The notes below the pieces were generated by a model that saw nothing but the letters and a program-made list of their open reading frames with translations, did no database searches and was not told the DNA's origin. Shown here one piece after another: positions 49,472 through 60,434 of a stretch of DNA of 64,000 bases (position 1 is its first letter; every line of letters starts with the position of its first letter). Position numbers and translations under genes: made by a program. Source of the stretch: an uncultured Eubacteriales bacterium (lineage in GTDB: Bacteria; Bacillota_I; Bacilli_A; RF39; UBA660); assembly GCA_963545265.1 (NCBI GenBank), contig CAUUHY010000005.1, positions 53 through 64,052 of the forward strand. Reading direction: 5' to 3'.

Positions 49472-50437
49472 CTACAAATTTTTTGCTATGTCTTTTATTT
49501 TATCATAAATATCATTGGTTGTTGTATTTTTAAGATTTGCACCAGCTCTGTTTTTATTACCTCCACCTCCAAATGAAAGCATAATTTCTTGCATATTAAC
49601 TTTTTCATCATTTGTTCTACAACTTATTCCAATAGATCCATCTTGAAGTTTAGCTATAACAAATGAATTAGAAATATTTTCAAATTGTAATAATAAGTCT
49701 GCTACTCTTCCTATATCTTCTCTTCTATATTTTATACCTTTTTTTCCTACTGTAATTAGACTATTATTTATATTTTTAGCACTCATAATAATCTTTTGAT
49801 TTTTTATATATTGTTTGATATTTTTTTTAAATAATTTTTGAACTTTTGAATTATCTGCACCTTCTCTAATAAGATAACTAGCTATATCGAAAGTTGTATT
49901 ATTAACTTTTAATGAAAATGAATTAGTATCTAAAACTATACCAGATAACAAATAAGTAGCTATATTATTGGGAATATTATATTTTTTTTCTTTCAAATAA
50001 GTAGCTATCATTTCACAAGCACTACTAGATTCAATATCTATAATTTTTAGATCTGCATCTATTATATCTAGAGATTCTTCATGATGATCTATAATAATTT
50101 TATATTTAAATAAATTAAGAATATCTGGAAATTTTATTAAATTTTTTCTATTAAAATCTAAAAATATAATTAAAGATTCTTCATCTACTATATTTTTTAT
50201 ATTTTTTGAATTTATATATTTAAAATTATCTTTTGTCTCATTATAAATTTTAGAAACTCCACTTTCTAATAAAGAATCATCAAATATAATATATATTTCT
50301 TCATCTTTTAAATATTCAGCTAAACCTAAACATGATCCTATTGCATCTAAATCACTATTAATATGACCAATTACAAAAACTTTTGATGCTTTTCTTAAAA
50401 TTAAATCTATTTTGTTTATATTATCTCTTATTTTCAT
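49472..50437 (-). CDS. DHH/DHHA1 family phosphoesterase (NrnA-like nanoRNase/pAp phosphatase)
   Basis: DHH motif region ([20 protein letters not shown]) and DHHA1 GGGH-like segment ([10 protein letters not shown]). Confidence 0.7.
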   Translation of the reverse strand: MKIRDNINKIDLILRKASKVFVIGHINSDLDAIGSCLGLAEYLKDEEIYIIFDDSLLESGVSKIYNETKDNFKYINSKNIKNIVDEESLIIFLDFNRKNLIKFPDILNLFKYKIIIDHHEESLDIIDADLKIIDIESSSACEMIATYLKEKKYNIPNNIATYLLSGIVLDTNSFSLKVNNTTFDIASYLIREGADNSKVQKLFKKNIKQYIKNQKIIMSAKNINNSLITVGKKGIKYRREDIGRVADLLLQFENISNSFVIAKLQDGSIGISCRTNDEKVNMQEIMLSFGGGGNKNRAGANLKNTTTNDIYDKIKDIAKNL

Positions 50438-50490
50438 ATTTCCTCAATAATATTATAACCTTTTTTCTTAAAAAGAAAAAGCATAGTAAA

Positions 50491-50757
50491 TTATGCTTCA
50501 TCTTTTATTTCATTATATTTTTCTTTTATTTTTTCTTCTAAAATTACTCTAAATTCTTGATTTATAGGATGCGCTACATCTTTATATGAACCATTTCCTA
50601 ACTTTCTAGATGGCATAGCTATAAATAAACCACTTTTTCCTTCTAACAATCTAATATCATGAACAGCAAACACATCATCAAATAATACTGATGCTACTGC
50701 TACCACTTTAGATCCTTCTTTTTCTATTTTACGTACATTAACTGATGTTATTTTCAT
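50491..50757 (-). CDS. spoVG: septation protein SpoVG
   Basis: MKITSVNVRKIEKEGSKVVAVASVLFDDVFAVHDIRLLEGKSGLFIAMPSRK has near-canonical SpoVG identity. Confidence 0.85.
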   Translation of the reverse strand: MKITSVNVRKIEKEGSKVVAVASVLFDDVFAVHDIRLLEGKSGLFIAMPSRKLGNGSYKDVAHPINQEFRVILEEKIKEKYNEIKDEA

Positions 50758-50809
50758 GATTCCTCCTTGTGTACATATAAATTTTATTTTATATATTATA
50801 AAAATGCTA

Positions 50810-51580
50810 TTATTTAAATAAATTAAAATATAAAAATGTAAAATCTTCTACTGATAAATCTTCTGCTCTATTATTTAAATTTTTATCTAATTGTTTTAAT
50901 AAATTTTCAATTAATTTTAAATCATAATCTTTTAAATTGTTTTTTAATGTTTTTCTTCTAAACTTAAAACAGTCATAAATAAAATTTTTAAAAGTTACTT
51001 TGTTTAATTTTTTATAATCTTTTCTATAAAATTTTAAAATAACACTATCTACTTTAGGTACCGGATAAAATAATTCTTTTTTTATTATAAACTCTTTTGT
51101 TATATCAAAAAAATACTCATATATTATTTTAGTAGCAGTATTTTTAGTATCTACTAATTTTTCTCCTACTTCTTTTTGCATTAATAAAACCATACTATCA
51201 ATATTAATATCCTCATCAACAAATTTCATTATAATAGATGTAGTTATATAATAAGGAATATTTGCAACTACATATATTTTATTATATACAAAATTGTTTA
51301 TATCTTCTTTTAAATTAGTCTTTAAAAAATCTTTAAAATTTAAAATTACATTTGTATTTTGAAATTTATTTTTTAGTGTTTCTTCTAAATCACAATCAAT
51401 TTCATAAGTTAGAACATATTTTGCTTTTTCACTTATTATACTAGTTAAATCTCCTTCACCAGTTCCTATTTCAATAACTAAATCTTCTTTAGTTATTCCT
51501 GATAAAGATACTATCTTTTTTAATATATTTTTATCTTTTAAAAAATTTTGACCAAATTTTTTTTTAAAATTATGACTCAT
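50810..51580 (-). CDS. rsmA: 16S rRNA (adenine1518/1519-N6)-dimethyltransferase RsmA/KsgA
   Basis: KKKFGQNFL N-terminus and SAM motif IEIGTGEGDLT. Confidence 0.85.
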   Translation of the reverse strand: MSHNFKKKFGQNFLKDKNILKKIVSLSGITKEDLVIEIGTGEGDLTSIISEKAKYVLTYEIDCDLEETLKNKFQNTNVILNFKDFLKTNLKEDINNFVYNKIYVVANIPYYITTSIIMKFVDEDINIDSMVLLMQKEVGEKLVDTKNTATKIIYEYFFDITKEFIIKKELFYPVPKVDSVILKFYRKDYKKLNKVTFKNFIYDCFKFRRKTLKNNLKDYDLKLIENLLKQLDKNLNNRAEDLSVEDFTFLYFNLFK

Positions 51581-52121
51581 TATTCCATCCCCATCTTAAT
51601 ATTTCATATTTTACAACTTGTCTACCAATGGAATTTGCAGATTTTTCTTTATCTAGCAATAAATCAAATAACGTTCCTTTTATTGCTCCACCTCTATCTA
51701 AAACAATAGCATATATATCTTTATAATTTTTAATGCCTTTAATTTTTACTATTGAACCACAAGGAATATTTTTGTCAGCAGCAATTACTCTTAAATTTTT
51801 ATATTTTTTATCAGAATAATATATTGTGTTTTTGGCATTTATATGTGGAGGACAAGATAAATAACCACTACATCCTTCACAATCTGCTCCATATGAGGTT
51901 ATAGTTCCATCAAATTTTAGTATATTATCTCTTCCATACTTTTTTATTTCTTCAATATTTTTAACTTCTTTTGTTACTCTATCATTATTTTTAAAATATT
52001 CACTTGTTTTAAAATTAATTGAAAATGAATTATTACTATTTTTCAAAAATAAAGATGATATAACTAATATTGTCCCAAAAAACATTAAAAAAATTGAAAT
52101 ATAATTTATTTTATTTTTCAT
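51570..52121 (-). CDS. 3D (MltA-like/RlpA-like) domain-containing protein
   Basis: N-terminal TM and a C-terminal 3D domain with conserved Asp residues (AADKNIPCGS...VLDRGGAIKG). Confidence 0.55.
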   Translation of the reverse strand: MKNKINYISIFLMFFGTILVISSLFLKNSNNSFSINFKTSEYFKNNDRVTKEVKNIEEIKKYGRDNILKFDGTITSYGADCEGCSGYLSCPPHINAKNTIYYSDKKYKNLRVIAADKNIPCGSIVKIKGIKNYKDIYAIVLDRGGAIKGTLFDLLLDKEKSANSIGRQVVKYEILRWGWNNES

Positions 52122-52129
52122 ATTCTACC

Positions 52130-52906
52130 TTAAAAATTAACATTATTATATACTTTTCTTACATTTTCACTTGTTATTAAAGCAACTTCTTCTTTTGTTA
52201 AATTCAATAAATTTGCTAAATATTCTGCTATTACACTTATATTTTTAGGATAATTTTTCTCTCCTCTATATGGAGATAAATAAGGGGAGTCTGTTTCCAA
52301 TACTATATGATCTAACCCTATTTCTTTTATAACTTCTTTTAATTTAGAATTTTTAAAAGTCACTACCCCACCTATTCCAAGATAAAATCCCAGTTTTATA
52401 TATTCTTTTGCAGTTTCTAAAGATCCTGAAAAACAATGAATAATTCCTTTTATATCAAATTTTTTAAGTATATCTATTGTATCTTTTGTTGCATCTCTAG
52501 TATGAATAACTATTGGCAAATTAATATCTTGTGCTATTTTTATTTGCTTAATAAATAAATCTTTTTGTTTTTCCTTATTAATATCTTCATAATGATAATC
52601 TAATCCTATTTCCCCAATTGCAATAATTTTTTTATTATTTTTTATAATATGTTTCATTTTTTCTAAATAAATATCATAGTTAAAATTATTTTTTGCTAAC
52701 TCAGGATGTAACGATATATTTAAATATACATTTTTATATTTATTAATTAAATTTATATTTTCTTCCCAATTAACAGGGTCACAACTAGAAACAATTAAAT
52801 GGTTTACATTATTTTGCTTAGATTCATCTATTATTTTTTCCATATCATCATAATATTCTAAATTCAAATGACAATGTGTATCAATTAACATTCTATTTAA
52901 CTCCAT
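52130..52906 (-). CDS. tatD: TatD family metal-dependent DNase/hydrolase
   Basis: IDTHCHL, GEIGLDYHY and HTRDA motifs. Confidence 0.85.
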   Translation of the reverse strand: MELNRMLIDTHCHLNLEYYDDMEKIIDESKQNNVNHLIVSSCDPVNWEENINLINKYKNVYLNISLHPELAKNNFNYDIYLEKMKHIIKNNKKIIAIGEIGLDYHYEDINKEKQKDLFIKQIKIAQDINLPIVIHTRDATKDTIDILKKFDIKGIIHCFSGSLETAKEYIKLGFYLGIGGVVTFKNSKLKEVIKEIGLDHIVLETDSPYLSPYRGEKNYPKNISVIAEYLANLLNLTKEEVALITSENVRKVYNNVNF

Positions 52907-53399
52907 TTTTTTGTTCTTTTTTAGAATAAACTTTGGGATTTTCTTGTTGTACAGATAGACTTAAATTAACAATATTATCTATATACTTCTTAGTTTCTGA
53001 ATAAGAATTTTTCAAACTTTGACTTTTTATTTTTTCTTCTGACTCTACCTTTTTATTTATATCTTTGAATATTTTATCTTCAAAAGAAAGATTTTTAATA
53101 TTTTCAGTAAATTTTTTTGATATTTCATCTACTAACTCTTCTAACTTTTTATGATTTATATTAGAACTTGAAATAGCTTCTAGAAGTCCTACACTTCTCT
53201 TAGTTAAAATTTTTTTTATTTCCTCTTTATATTCTTTCAAATTTTCTTTTAAGATATTTTTTTTCTTAAAAGCGGTAATATCAATCAAATTTGCTACTGT
53301 AATATTAAAATTTTCTATATTTTTATTTGTATCTATAGCTATTTTATTTTGATATATTTCTTGATTTTTAGCTTGTATTTGTTCATTAACATTATTCAT
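52893..53399 (-). CDS. hypothetical coiled-coil protein
   Basis: ORF only. It overlaps the tatD start by 14 nt. Confidence 0.35.
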   Translation of the reverse strand: MNNVNEQIQAKNQEIYQNKIAIDTNKNIENFNITVANLIDITAFKKKNILKENLKEYKEEIKKILTKRSVGLLEAISSSNINHKKLEELVDEISKKFTENIKNLSFEDKIFKDINKKVESEEKIKSQSLKNSYSETKKYIDNIVNLSLSVQQENPKVYSKKEQKNGVK

Positions 53400-53450
53400 A
53401 ATGACCTCTTATTGTTTATATACTACATTAATTTTAGATTTTTTTCAATA

Positions 53451-56400
53451 TTAGTTAAGATCTAAGCTTTCTAACAAATCATTTAAATAAGTATATATAT
53501 TATCTTGATTTAAATAAATTTTTTGAATATATAAAACTATCTTTTTTCCTTCACTTTTAAATTTAAAGTTTTTATTTATAGATAAAGATTTAACTAATAA
53601 TTCACCTACATCTATAATATTAGCTATTTCTTCGTTAAATATTATATCTATAGTTAACTTGTTTTCTACTACTTTTTCTATTTTATATTTATTAGACAAA
53701 CTATCAAATAATTGTTCTTCCATATACTCTAATATATCTTTGTTAATTTTTCCAAATCTATCTTCTAATTCTTCCTTTACAATATTAAATTCTTTTCTAT
53801 TTCGAATAGAGTTAATTTTACTGTGTATTAATATTTTCAAACTATCATCTTTTACATAATCATCTGGAACATAGTTAGATAAATTAATATTGCTTTTTAT
53901 TGTTTCTTTAACTTCTTCTTCCTCTTCTTTAAGTACTTCTCCAGTTTCTATTCTAGCTATTTCTTCATTTAATATTTTGGTATATAAAGTAATTCCAATA
54001 CTATCTATAAATCCAGCTTGTTCACTTCCTAAAATATCTCCAGCACCTCTAATTTCTAAATCTCTAGCCGAAATTTTATAACCGCTTCCAAGAGCAGTAT
54101 ATTCTTTTATACTATTTAATCTTTTTTGTGCTTCATCAGTAAGTAATTTACTAGGTTTATACATTAAATATGCATATGCAATTTTATTACTTCTTCCTAC
54201 TCTTCCTCTTATTTGATATAACTGACTAAGTCCAAATTTATCAGCATCATAAATTATTAAAGTATTTACATTTGGAATATCTATACCTGTTTCAATTATT
54301 GTTGTACAAAGTAATACATCATATTCTTTATTAATAAAACTTTGCATTTTATCTTCAATATCTTCTTTATTCATTCTTCCATGAATTTTCATTATTCTAG
54401 CTTGTGGAACTAAAGTTTTTAATTTTTCGCACTTTTCTTCCATATCAGATATATTATTATACAATACATAAACTTGACCATTTCTAGATAATTCTTTATA
54501 AATTGCTTCTCTTACTATATATTCATCTTCTTTAAATACATAAGTTTCTATAGGATAACGATCTACTGGAGGCGTCTCTATTGTAGATATTGATTTTATA
54601 CCCATTAATGACATTTGTAATGTTCTTGGTATTGGTGTTGCACTCATAGTTAAAATATCTACATTATTTTTATATTTTTTTAATTTTTCTTTATCTTTTA
54701 CCCCAAATCTTTGTTCTTCATCAATAATTAATAAACCTAAATTTTCAGGTTTTATATTATCACTTAATAATGAATGTGTTCCAAATAATATATCTAATTT
54801 TGAATTTTTAAGTTCTTGATAAATTTCGTTTTTTTCTTTTAATGATGTGTACCTATTTATTAATTTAATATTAATAGGAAATTTTGAAAATCTCTTTTTT
54901 GCTACTTCATATTGTTGTTTTGATAATAATGTTGTAGGACATAAATACAATACTTGTTTTGAATCATTTACAGCTTTAAACATAGCTCTAAATGCTACTT
55001 CTGTCTTACCATAACCTACGTCCCCACAAAGAAGCCTATCCATTGGAATATCAGAAGACATATCTTTTTTTATCTCTTTTATAGCTTTTAATTGATCTTC
55101 TGTTTCAACAAATTCAAAATCATTTTCAAATATTTGCTGCAATTCATCATCTTCAGAAAAAGTGTAACCTTTGCTATTTTTTCTTAAAGCATATAAAGTA
55201 ATTAATTCTTTTGCTATATTCTTTATTTTATTTTTAACTTTTAGTTTAGTTTTTTTCCATTCTGTTCCACCTAAAGAATTTACTTTAGGTATCATTCCAT
55301 CTTTGGTAGAATATTTACTAATCAATTCTATTTTCGAAACTGGTATATATAATTTATCATTATTTTTATATATAACTTCTAAATAATCTTTATATTTACC
55401 TTTGCTCTCTAAAGTAATTACTCCATTATACATACCTATACCATATGATTCATGAACTACATAATCACCTTTAGTTAAGTTAGATATATCAGAAATTTTA
55501 ACTGAATATTTAAACTTTGTTTTATATTTTTTCTTTTTTATTACATTATTATAAATTTCATTTTCAGTTAAAAATATATATTCATCGTATTCAAAACCTT
55601 CTGTTAAATAATAATCTGATATTATATTTATTTTATTTTTTTCAATATTATCAAAAGTAGTTTCTATCATTGATAAGTTTATATATTTTCTAAAATAAGA
55701 AATTTTTTGTTTTGATAAAGAAATTATTATTGTTTTATTTTTTCTGATATTTGAGATTAAAAAATTATTTATAATTTCTACGTTATCATAAAATTTTGGA
55801 ATAGTTTTAGATTTTAAATTCACTATATTATTAGTTAATTTTTTATTTTCTAATGTTTCATAATATACCTTTTCTTCTTCATTTATATTATAAAAATTTA
55901 AAAATTCGCCTGTTTCTACCTCTTTTATTAATCTATCATACAAATTTTTAATTATTTCATAATCTTTATATATTGTTACTCTATTGTTTAAATAAGAAGA
56001 AATATTTTCATTTGAAACATTTATATCTTTAAAAGGTTTTATTTTTATTTCATTAAGATTTTCAAAAGATCTTTGATTTTTCGAATCAAACATTCTAATA
56101 GAAGTTATTTCATCTCCAAAAAACTCTATTCTATAAGGAAATTCCTCTTCTAATCCATATATATCAATAATATATCCTCTATATGCAAAATCTCCAGTTT
56201 TAGAAACAACAATATCTTCTTGATATCCTAAATCAAATAATTTAGTTATAAGCTTATCTCTATTAATATTTTGATTAAGAGATAATTTTAAAATATTAAA
56301 TTCATAATCTTTTTTTGAAATAATTTTTTTTATATAACCATCTAGATGCGTAACTATTATTTTATTATTATCATCTTTTAAAATTGAATTTAATGTTTCT

Positions 56401-56669
56401 AATCTTGTTATTTTAAATTCTGGACTAGTAGCTAAAGATTTTATAGTAAAAAAATCATCATTAGGAAACAAATAAACTTCATTTGTATAATTTAATAATG
56501 ATTCATAAACTTTACTTGCTTCAAATAAAGATGGAGTAACTACCAAAAAATTTTTGTTAGTAGTAACATAATTTTTATATATCAACAAAGAAAATAGTTC
56601 AGATGTACTCTCAACTATTGTTAAATCATTAGTAAATTTTATATCTATTATATCTAATATTTTAGTCAT
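53451..56669 (-). CDS. mfd: transcription-repair coupling factor
   Basis: UvrB-homology module, a RecG-like SF2 helicase core (GDVGYGKTEVA, DEEQRFGV) and a TRCF C-terminal domain. Confidence 0.9.
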   Translation of the reverse strand: MTKILDIIDIKFTNDLTIVESTSELFSLLIYKNYVTTNKNFLVVTPSLFEASKVYESLLNYTNEVYLFPNDDFFTIKSLATSPEFKITRLETLNSILKDDNNKIIVTHLDGYIKKIISKKDYEFNILKLSLNQNINRDKLITKLFDLGYQEDIVVSKTGDFAYRGYIIDIYGLEEEFPYRIEFFGDEITSIRMFDSKNQRSFENLNEIKIKPFKDINVSNENISSYLNNRVTIYKDYEIIKNLYDRLIKEVETGEFLNFYNINEEEKVYYETLENKKLTNNIVNLKSKTIPKFYDNVEIINNFLISNIRKNKTIIISLSKQKISYFRKYINLSMIETTFDNIEKNKINIISDYYLTEGFEYDEYIFLTENEIYNNVIKKKKYKTKFKYSVKISDISNLTKGDYVVHESYGIGMYNGVITLESKGKYKDYLEVIYKNNDKLYIPVSKIELISKYSTKDGMIPKVNSLGGTEWKKTKLKVKNKIKNIAKELITLYALRKNSKGYTFSEDDELQQIFENDFEFVETEDQLKAIKEIKKDMSSDIPMDRLLCGDVGYGKTEVAFRAMFKAVNDSKQVLYLCPTTLLSKQQYEVAKKRFSKFPINIKLINRYTSLKEKNEIYQELKNSKLDILFGTHSLLSDNIKPENLGLLIIDEEQRFGVKDKEKLKKYKNNVDILTMSATPIPRTLQMSLMGIKSISTIETPPVDRYPIETYVFKEDEYIVREAIYKELSRNGQVYVLYNNISDMEEKCEKLKTLVPQARIMKIHGRMNKEDIEDKMQSFINKEYDVLLCTTIIETGIDIPNVNTLIIYDADKFGLSQLYQIRGRVGRSNKIAYAYLMYKPSKLLTDEAQKRLNSIKEYTALGSGYKISARDLEIRGAGDILGSEQAGFIDSIGITLYTKILNEEIARIETGEVLKEEEEEVKETIKSNINLSNYVPDDYVKDDSLKILIHSKINSIRNRKEFNIVKEELEDRFGKINKDILEYMEEQLFDSLSNKYKIEKVVENKLTIDIIFNEEIANIIDVGELLVKSLSINKNFKFKSEGKKIVLYIQKIYLNQDNIYTYLNDLLESLDLN

Positions 56670-57225
56670 TTTTATTATATCTATTCATAAGCTTATCAAA
56701 ATTACAGATTGGAAAATTTTCTATGATTTCTATTATTTTTTCTTTTTTATCATTAAGTATTTTCATATCATCTTGAGTGAATTTTGATAAAACATAATCC
56801 TTCATATTATATTTTTTATCATTAGATACTCCTATTCTTAATCTTTTTATATTTTCGGTACCTAAATGAAGAAAAATATTTTTTAAACCATTATGTCCTC
56901 CGCTTGATCCTTTTTCTCTTAATCTTAATCTTCCTATTTCTAAATTTATATCATCTACAATTATCAATATATTTTCAATTGGTATTTTATAAAAATCAAC
57001 ATATTTTCTAAGAACTTCTCCTGTTAAATTAATATAAGATTTAGGTTTTAAATAAATAACTTTTTTATCGTTTATTTTTTCTTCTATATAATCTCCATTA
57101 AATTTTTCTTTAGAAAAAGTTAGATTTTTTGATTTTACATAATAATCTAACATCATAAAACCAATATTATGTCTAGTATTATAATATTCTTTTCCAACAT
57201 TTCCAATTCCAACTATTAAATACAT
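56662..57225 (-). CDS. pth: peptidyl-tRNA hydrolase
   Basis: MYLIVGIGNVGKEY...TRHNIGF. The start is set at the Met matching the canonical Pth N-terminus. Confidence 0.85.
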   Translation of the reverse strand: MYLIVGIGNVGKEYYNTRHNIGFMMLDYYVKSKNLTFSKEKFNGDYIEEKINDKKVIYLKPKSYINLTGEVLRKYVDFYKIPIENILIIVDDINLEIGRLRLREKGSSGGHNGLKNIFLHLGTENIKRLRIGVSNDKKYNMKDYVLSKFTQDDMKILNDKKEKIIEIIENFPICNFDKLMNRYNKND

Positions 57226-57226
57226 A

Positions 57227-58060
57227 TTAATTTCCTTCATGATATTTTTTATACACTTCTGATTTAGATAAATTTAAATCTTTTGAAGTCTTTTTAATTG
57301 CTTCCATTTTTTCAAAACCATCTGATATATATAAATTAACATGGTCTATTAAATTTAAATCAGAATAATCTACATCATTATTATTTCCTTCAACCACTAT
57401 TACAAATTCACCCTTAAGCGTAATAACATTAAAATTATTAATTATGTTTTCTAATTCATCTCTTACACATTCTTCATACATTTTAGTTAATTCTCTACAA
57501 ATAGCAACTCTACGATTACCAAAAACAGAATATATAAGGTTTAAAGTTTCCTGAATATGATGAACCGATTCATAAAAAATAATACTATATTTTATTTTTT
57601 GCAAATTTTTTAAATTTTCTATTTTTTTCTTATTATTACCTTTTAAAAAACCATAAAATAAATATGGATATGGATTTAATCCTGATATTATAAGAGCTGT
57701 CGTTGCTGCATTAGCACCAGGTAATCCAATAACTTCATATCCTTCTTCTATCGCTTTTTTAACTAATATATATCCAGGGTCACTAATAATAGGTGTTCCC
57801 CTATCTGTTATAATAGCAACATTTTTATTTGAACTTAAATAATTTATCATTAATTCAGTTCTTTTTAATTCGTTTTGTTCATTTGAACTTATAAGTTTTT
57901 TTGTTATTTTATAAAATTTCAATAATTCTTTACTAATTCTAGTATCTTCACAAAAAATAATCTCAACTTCTTTTAAAACCTTTAAAGCCCTATAAGTAAT
58001 ATCTTCCATATTTCCTATAGGAGTTGGCACTAAATATAATATTCCTTTTTTATTTTCCAT
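57227..58060 (-). CDS. rsmI: 16S rRNA (cytidine1402-2'-O)-methyltransferase RsmI
   Basis: Tetrapyrrole-methylase fold and N-terminus LYLVPTPIGNMEDIT. Confidence 0.85.
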   Translation of the reverse strand: MENKKGILYLVPTPIGNMEDITYRALKVLKEVEIIFCEDTRISKELLKFYKITKKLISSNEQNELKRTELMINYLSSNKNVAIITDRGTPIISDPGYILVKKAIEEGYEVIGLPGANAATTALIISGLNPYPYLFYGFLKGNNKKKIENLKNLQKIKYSIIFYESVHHIQETLNLIYSVFGNRRVAICRELTKMYEECVRDELENIINNFNVITLKGEFVIVVEGNNNDVDYSDLNLIDHVNLYISDGFEKMEAIKKTSKDLNLSKSEVYKKYHEGN

Positions 58061-58769
58061 AATTAAAATATTCCTTTTTTATTTTTTCGTAATATTCTCC
58101 ATTTTCTTTATGTATAAATAATGGAGAAAGTACTTTTAATCCTGTGTTTCCACCATTAATAGCTTTTAACATAAATAAATCACTATTAGATTTTTTTTTA
58201 GAATATATAAATTTAACTTCTTTAGCTTTGAGATTATATTTTTCTAATACAACTAACAATTCAACAAATCTATCAGTTGGATATACTATATAAAATTCTC
58301 CTTTATTTTCTAATAATCGTTTTGAATTTTTTATAAGATCTTCTAAATTTAATTTTATTTCATGTCTTGCTATACTTTTTACCTCATTAAAATTAATTTT
58401 GCTATTAGGTAAAACTTTATAGTAAGGTGGATTTGTTATTATAATATCATATTTTTCATCTTTAAAATTTTTTATATCTTCATGAATTAAATTTATTTGA
58501 TTAATTTTATCATTTATTTCAACAGTTTCTTTTGCTAATTCATATATTTCTTTTTGAATTTCTAATGCTGTTATATAATTCTTATATTTATAAGATAAAA
58601 TAAGAGGAATAGGACAAGTCCCTGTTCCTATATCCAATATTCTTTGTCGTTCATTTTTAACGTTACAAAAATTTGCTAACAAAACAGAATCTAAAGAAAA
58701 TTTAAAATATTCTTTATTTTGATATATTTTTATATTTTTATATCCTAATAAATAATTTAATTCTTTCAT
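58050..58769 (-). CDS. tRNA (adenine37-N6)-methyltransferase-like (TrmN6/YfiC family)
   Basis: NPPY catalytic motif (IIITNPPYYK) and a SAM-binding DIGTGTCPIP segment. Confidence 0.6.
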   Translation of the reverse strand: MKELNYLLGYKNIKIYQNKEYFKFSLDSVLLANFCNVKNERQRILDIGTGTCPIPLILSYKYKNYITALEIQKEIYELAKETVEINDKINQINLIHEDIKNFKDEKYDIIITNPPYYKVLPNSKINFNEVKSIARHEIKLNLEDLIKNSKRLLENKGEFYIVYPTDRFVELLVVLEKYNLKAKEVKFIYSKKKSNSDLFMLKAINGGNTGLKVLSPLFIHKENGEYYEKIKKEYFNYGK

Positions 58770-58778
58770 ATTTTTTCC

Positions 58779-59534
58779 TTATATTAAATCATAATTTATC
58801 TTTTTTAAAAACAACAAATAATTTAGCTTATCAATTACTGTTTTATAGTTAACATTTGTTTTTAACAACAAATATATATCAAACAAAATTTCTATAACTT
58901 TAATTTGTTCTATATTTAAATTATCTATCAAATTATATACTTGAAATGTTTTTTCTATATTTGAAAGAAACATTTCTTTAGAATTATATTTTTTTTCCAT
59001 ATTATTATAAAAATTATTTTTATTTTCTTTTAAATAATCTATAAAAGTATTTAAATTTTCAACTTTTGTTTCTTTCGAAAAATTAACATTTATTGTTACA
59101 CACCTTGATATTATAGTATCTAATAGTACATTTTTATTTTTAACAACCAAAAAAGAAATTATATTTTCTTCTGGTTCTTCTAAAAATTTTAATAAAGTAT
59201 TAGATGAAGATCTATTTAATTTGTATGCTTCATTAATAATATATATTCTTTTATTATTTGATAAACTTTTAGTAGAATATTTTTTTTCTATATTAACAAT
59301 GTTTTCTTTGCTAATATTATTTTTTTCAGTATTAATTATAGTAATATCAAAATTATTATCATTTTTAATTTTTTCTATATTACTTTCAGTTATTTCTTCA
59401 TTATTTATTTTTAAAGATAATTTTATTAAAAAATCTATTGCTAAATCATAATCATCTACAACAAACAAATATGCATGTAATATTTTATTTTCTTTAAAAT
59501 AAAAATCATAAATTTTTAAAAGTAAATCATCCAT
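58779..59534 (-). CDS. holB: DNA polymerase III delta' subunit
   Basis: AAA+-like clamp-loader fold with a degenerate P-loop, in the conserved position upstream of recR/dnaX. Confidence 0.75.
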   Translation of the reverse strand: MDDLLLKIYDFYFKENKILHAYLFVVDDYDLAIDFLIKLSLKINNEEITESNIEKIKNDNNFDITIINTEKNNISKENIVNIEKKYSTKSLSNNKRIYIINEAYKLNRSSSNTLLKFLEEPEENIISFLVVKNKNVLLDTIISRCVTINVNFSKETKVENLNTFIDYLKENKNNFYNNMEKKYNSKEMFLSNIEKTFQVYNLIDNLNIEQIKVIEILFDIYLLLKTNVNYKTVIDKLNYLLFLKKINYDLI

Positions 59535-60130
59535 TATATTTCTTTTCTTTCTTCTATTGCTTTTTCAAAAGTTAAATTATCAATATATTCAAAATCTGCT
59601 CCCATAGGAATTCCACTAGCTATCTTACTTATTTTTATATTAGGGCTTTTGAATAATTCTTTTATATATAAAGCTGTTGTTTCACCTTCTATACTAGATT
59701 TAATAGCTATTATTATTTCAGATATATTATTCGCTTCTAACATATTTTTTAATTTATCTAAACCTATATCTTCAGGACCTATTCCTTCAATTGGAGATAT
59801 TAAATTATTCAAAACAAAATATTTCCCGGGAAATATTTTATTCTTTTCCATAAAGTAAACAATTTTAGGATCTTCTACTATACAAAGTACTTTATTTTCC
59901 CTATCTTCATCTATACATATATCACAAAGACCATTTTCATTATCTGTGTAATTATTACAAATACTACATTTTTTCACACTTTTATATGTATTAATTATAG
60001 TATTTGAAATATATTCAATTTGTTCAGAATCCATTTCTAAAGTATAAAAAGCTAATCTTTCAGCATTTTTTTGACCTATTCCTGGTAATAATTTATATGC
60101 ATTTACTAAATTTAATATTTTATTATTCAT
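59534..60130 (-). CDS. recR: recombination protein RecR
   Basis: HhH N-terminus, C4 zinc finger (CSICNNYTDNENGLCDIC), and Toprim and Walker-B-like regions. Confidence 0.9.
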   Translation of the reverse strand: MNNKILNLVNAYKLLPGIGQKNAERLAFYTLEMDSEQIEYISNTIINTYKSVKKCSICNNYTDNENGLCDICIDEDRENKVLCIVEDPKIVYFMEKNKIFPGKYFVLNNLISPIEGIGPEDIGLDKLKNMLEANNISEIIIAIKSSIEGETTALYIKELFKSPNIKISKIASGIPMGADFEYIDNLTFEKAIEERKEI

Positions 60131-60423
60131 TAAAATAAACCTGGAACCATATTAGAATATTGACTCATTTCTTTTTCTGATTCTTCATCTATTTGTTTAA
60201 AAACATTATTTATTGCTGTTAAAATCATATCTTCTAATGTTTCTAAATCATCTTTTTCTACATATTCTTTTATTTTAATACTTTTTATACTTTTATTTCC
60301 AAAAGCCGTTACTTCCACTAAAGAATTAGAATAATTATATTCTTTTTCTTCTATTTTTTCTTTTTTACTCATTATATCTTTTTGTACTTTTTGCATTTGT
60401 TTCATAAGCATTTGCATGTTCAT
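60130..60423 (-). CDS. ybaB: nucleoid-associated protein YbaB/EbfC
   Basis: A ~97-aa YbaB family protein between dnaX and recR. Confidence 0.85.
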   Translation of the reverse strand: MNMQMLMKQMQKVQKDIMSKKEKIEEKEYNYSNSLVEVTAFGNKSIKSIKIKEYVEKDDLETLEDMILTAINNVFKQIDEESEKEMSQYSNMVPGLF

Positions 60424-60434
60424 ATTTGTTTCTC